Shown here: positions 62,405 to 64,000 of the stretch, one piece after another
Layout: each line of letters starts with the position of its first letter
Numbering within the stretch: position 1 is the stretch's first letter
Source: Leptogorgia sarmentosa
Taxonomy: Eukaryota
Direction of reading: 5' to 3'
DNA length: 64,000 bases
Assembly: GCA_964658305.1 (NCBI GenBank)
Contig: OZ210884.1
Coordinates: 1,054,001 to 1,118,000 of the forward strand
Translations under genes and position numbers: made by a program
The notes under the pieces: model-generated
The model's input: the letters and a program-made list of their open reading frames with translations, nothing else
Told to the model about the DNA's origin: nothing
Databases searched by the model: none

Positions 62405-64000
62405 GTAAGCTTTAACATTGTTAAAATTTCTTCCGTCATTTACGAGGAAAATGGAACTAAAGGAAGTCCTGTGAAAAAAATATTTGTAATCGGAGAAAAA
62501 TGCGTTCTTTAACCAATTATACTGCATGGCAAGTCGTTTAGTAAAACCTGCATGGTTACCGCATGCATTTGCGTGGATAAGAGGTGTCCCATATGTCGTT
62601 TATCTGGCTGGAAATTTCGCTTTTTAATTTTCAATAAAATTTACAGACAAAAATTTCAAACAACCAAACTGTATTTTATATGCATGTCTACTGTATAATA
62701 TAAGTGAAACTGATGATAGCCGATTTAATTCACGCGAAAAGCATATGCTCAAAACTCGATTCAGCCATATAATATACGGATTATTGACCTCGCTTGTTCG
62801 GTCTGTACTGTGAAATATCAGACCTCAGTCTTTTGCATTGACTAATACTAAAGAACCTCGGTCTGATATTTCACAGTACAGACCTCACACTCAGTCAATA
62901 ACCCTTTAATATTAGGAATTAGCTATTAAAAAGAGGGTTTGATGAATAATGGAATATTGAAATTTCCAGATGTTGAAGATCAACTAAACTCTGCTGGCAT
63001 AGTCAAACCACAATGAACGACTGTTACATGGGATTTACCCACCCATGACAAGTCGTACCGGACCTGGCCATTGAATTAAAAATATCTGCAACGATAAGTC
63101 AGGGGGGGGGGGGGTGTTGAGGCCGTGCTTGAAGCTGTTTTTGTAGGTAGACCCAATATTTTTTAAAATTTTTGTTTTGAAATGTGCACATTTTTAATCA
63201 GATAAATCTTGCCTCTAAATAGTAGTTATACCACTAAAAATCTAAATCAGCAAAATGAACAAATCACGAATTAGCAAAAAAAATAAGGAAAAACCGACTA
63301 TAAAGATGGACGACCCAAAAAACCGCGCGTTTTGGTTACTTTTTCTGAGTTATTGAAAGTTTGTCAGACGTCAAACCTCACAGGAGTTATTGAACCCTAT
63401 GTAAAATACATCTGTATGCCAGATCTCGTGAAGATTGAAGGTTCACGGTACAAAATAAATGCATTTAAAAATTGACAAAAATATTCTTTATTCAAATTGC
63501 CCACGGAGAATGCGAGGCCGCAAATAATACCATTCGGAAAACGTCGATTTATTCATATTTTGAATTAGATAAAGCGGACAATAAAAAGTTTAACATGAAG
63601 AAAAATACCCGACGTTTATTGCAAAATAGGTGAGGTTTTTTTTTGTTTTGTTGAAGAGCGAAGTTTTTTTGAAACATCAGAACATTTGTCATTTTTCGAA
63701 ATAAAAGTAAAAATCCTCAACTTTTTGCGGCAGAAGGACGTATAATTAACAGTCGGAACTAAACAAGTAACCTAGTGTGAAACCAAAACATTGATGTCTT
63801 TCTACTAAAAACCGTGCATTTCTTGTCAATTTTAGCTCAAAGACATGTGAAAAATTCCTTCGAATTCTCCTTAGTCTATTTGAATGTTAATTTTCCTGCG
63901 CGCCAGCTTCAGCCAATCATAGAGCTAAATCATAGGAGTTATCGTTCCAGTTAATTTTAGTTCACTGGACCTGGCTGAACTATAGTGGTGGGCTGTGTGC

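Overview
Animal (eukaryotic) genomic DNA, AT-rich, intron-containing and packed with transposons; the gene and repeat content suggests a cnidarian-like invertebrate (inference). Host genes: a 5-exon secreted ILEI/PANDER(FAM3)-domain gene (minus, 4167-9327), an uninterrupted LicD/fukutin-type nucleotidyltransferase CDS (minus, 18414-19175), and the 5' part of an RNF213-like gene (plus, from 33468, 8 phase-consistent exons including a 3.7-kb repeat exon). Its introns hold an intact DIRS1-type retrotransposon and a young BEL/Pao LTR element. The standout is a ~8-kb element at ~24.7-32.66 kb. It carries two convergent genes, a spliced D5-like SF3 helicase and a C2H2 + tyrosine recombinase + telobox-like Myb protein. 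A ~1.55-kb palindrome with telomere-like motifs separates them, and direct-oriented 13-bp CGTGGTT arrays lie at both ends. It has no capsid, polymerase, RT or DDE gene and may be an undescribed self-replicating YR element. All calls come from reading the sequence by eye; no database search was run.
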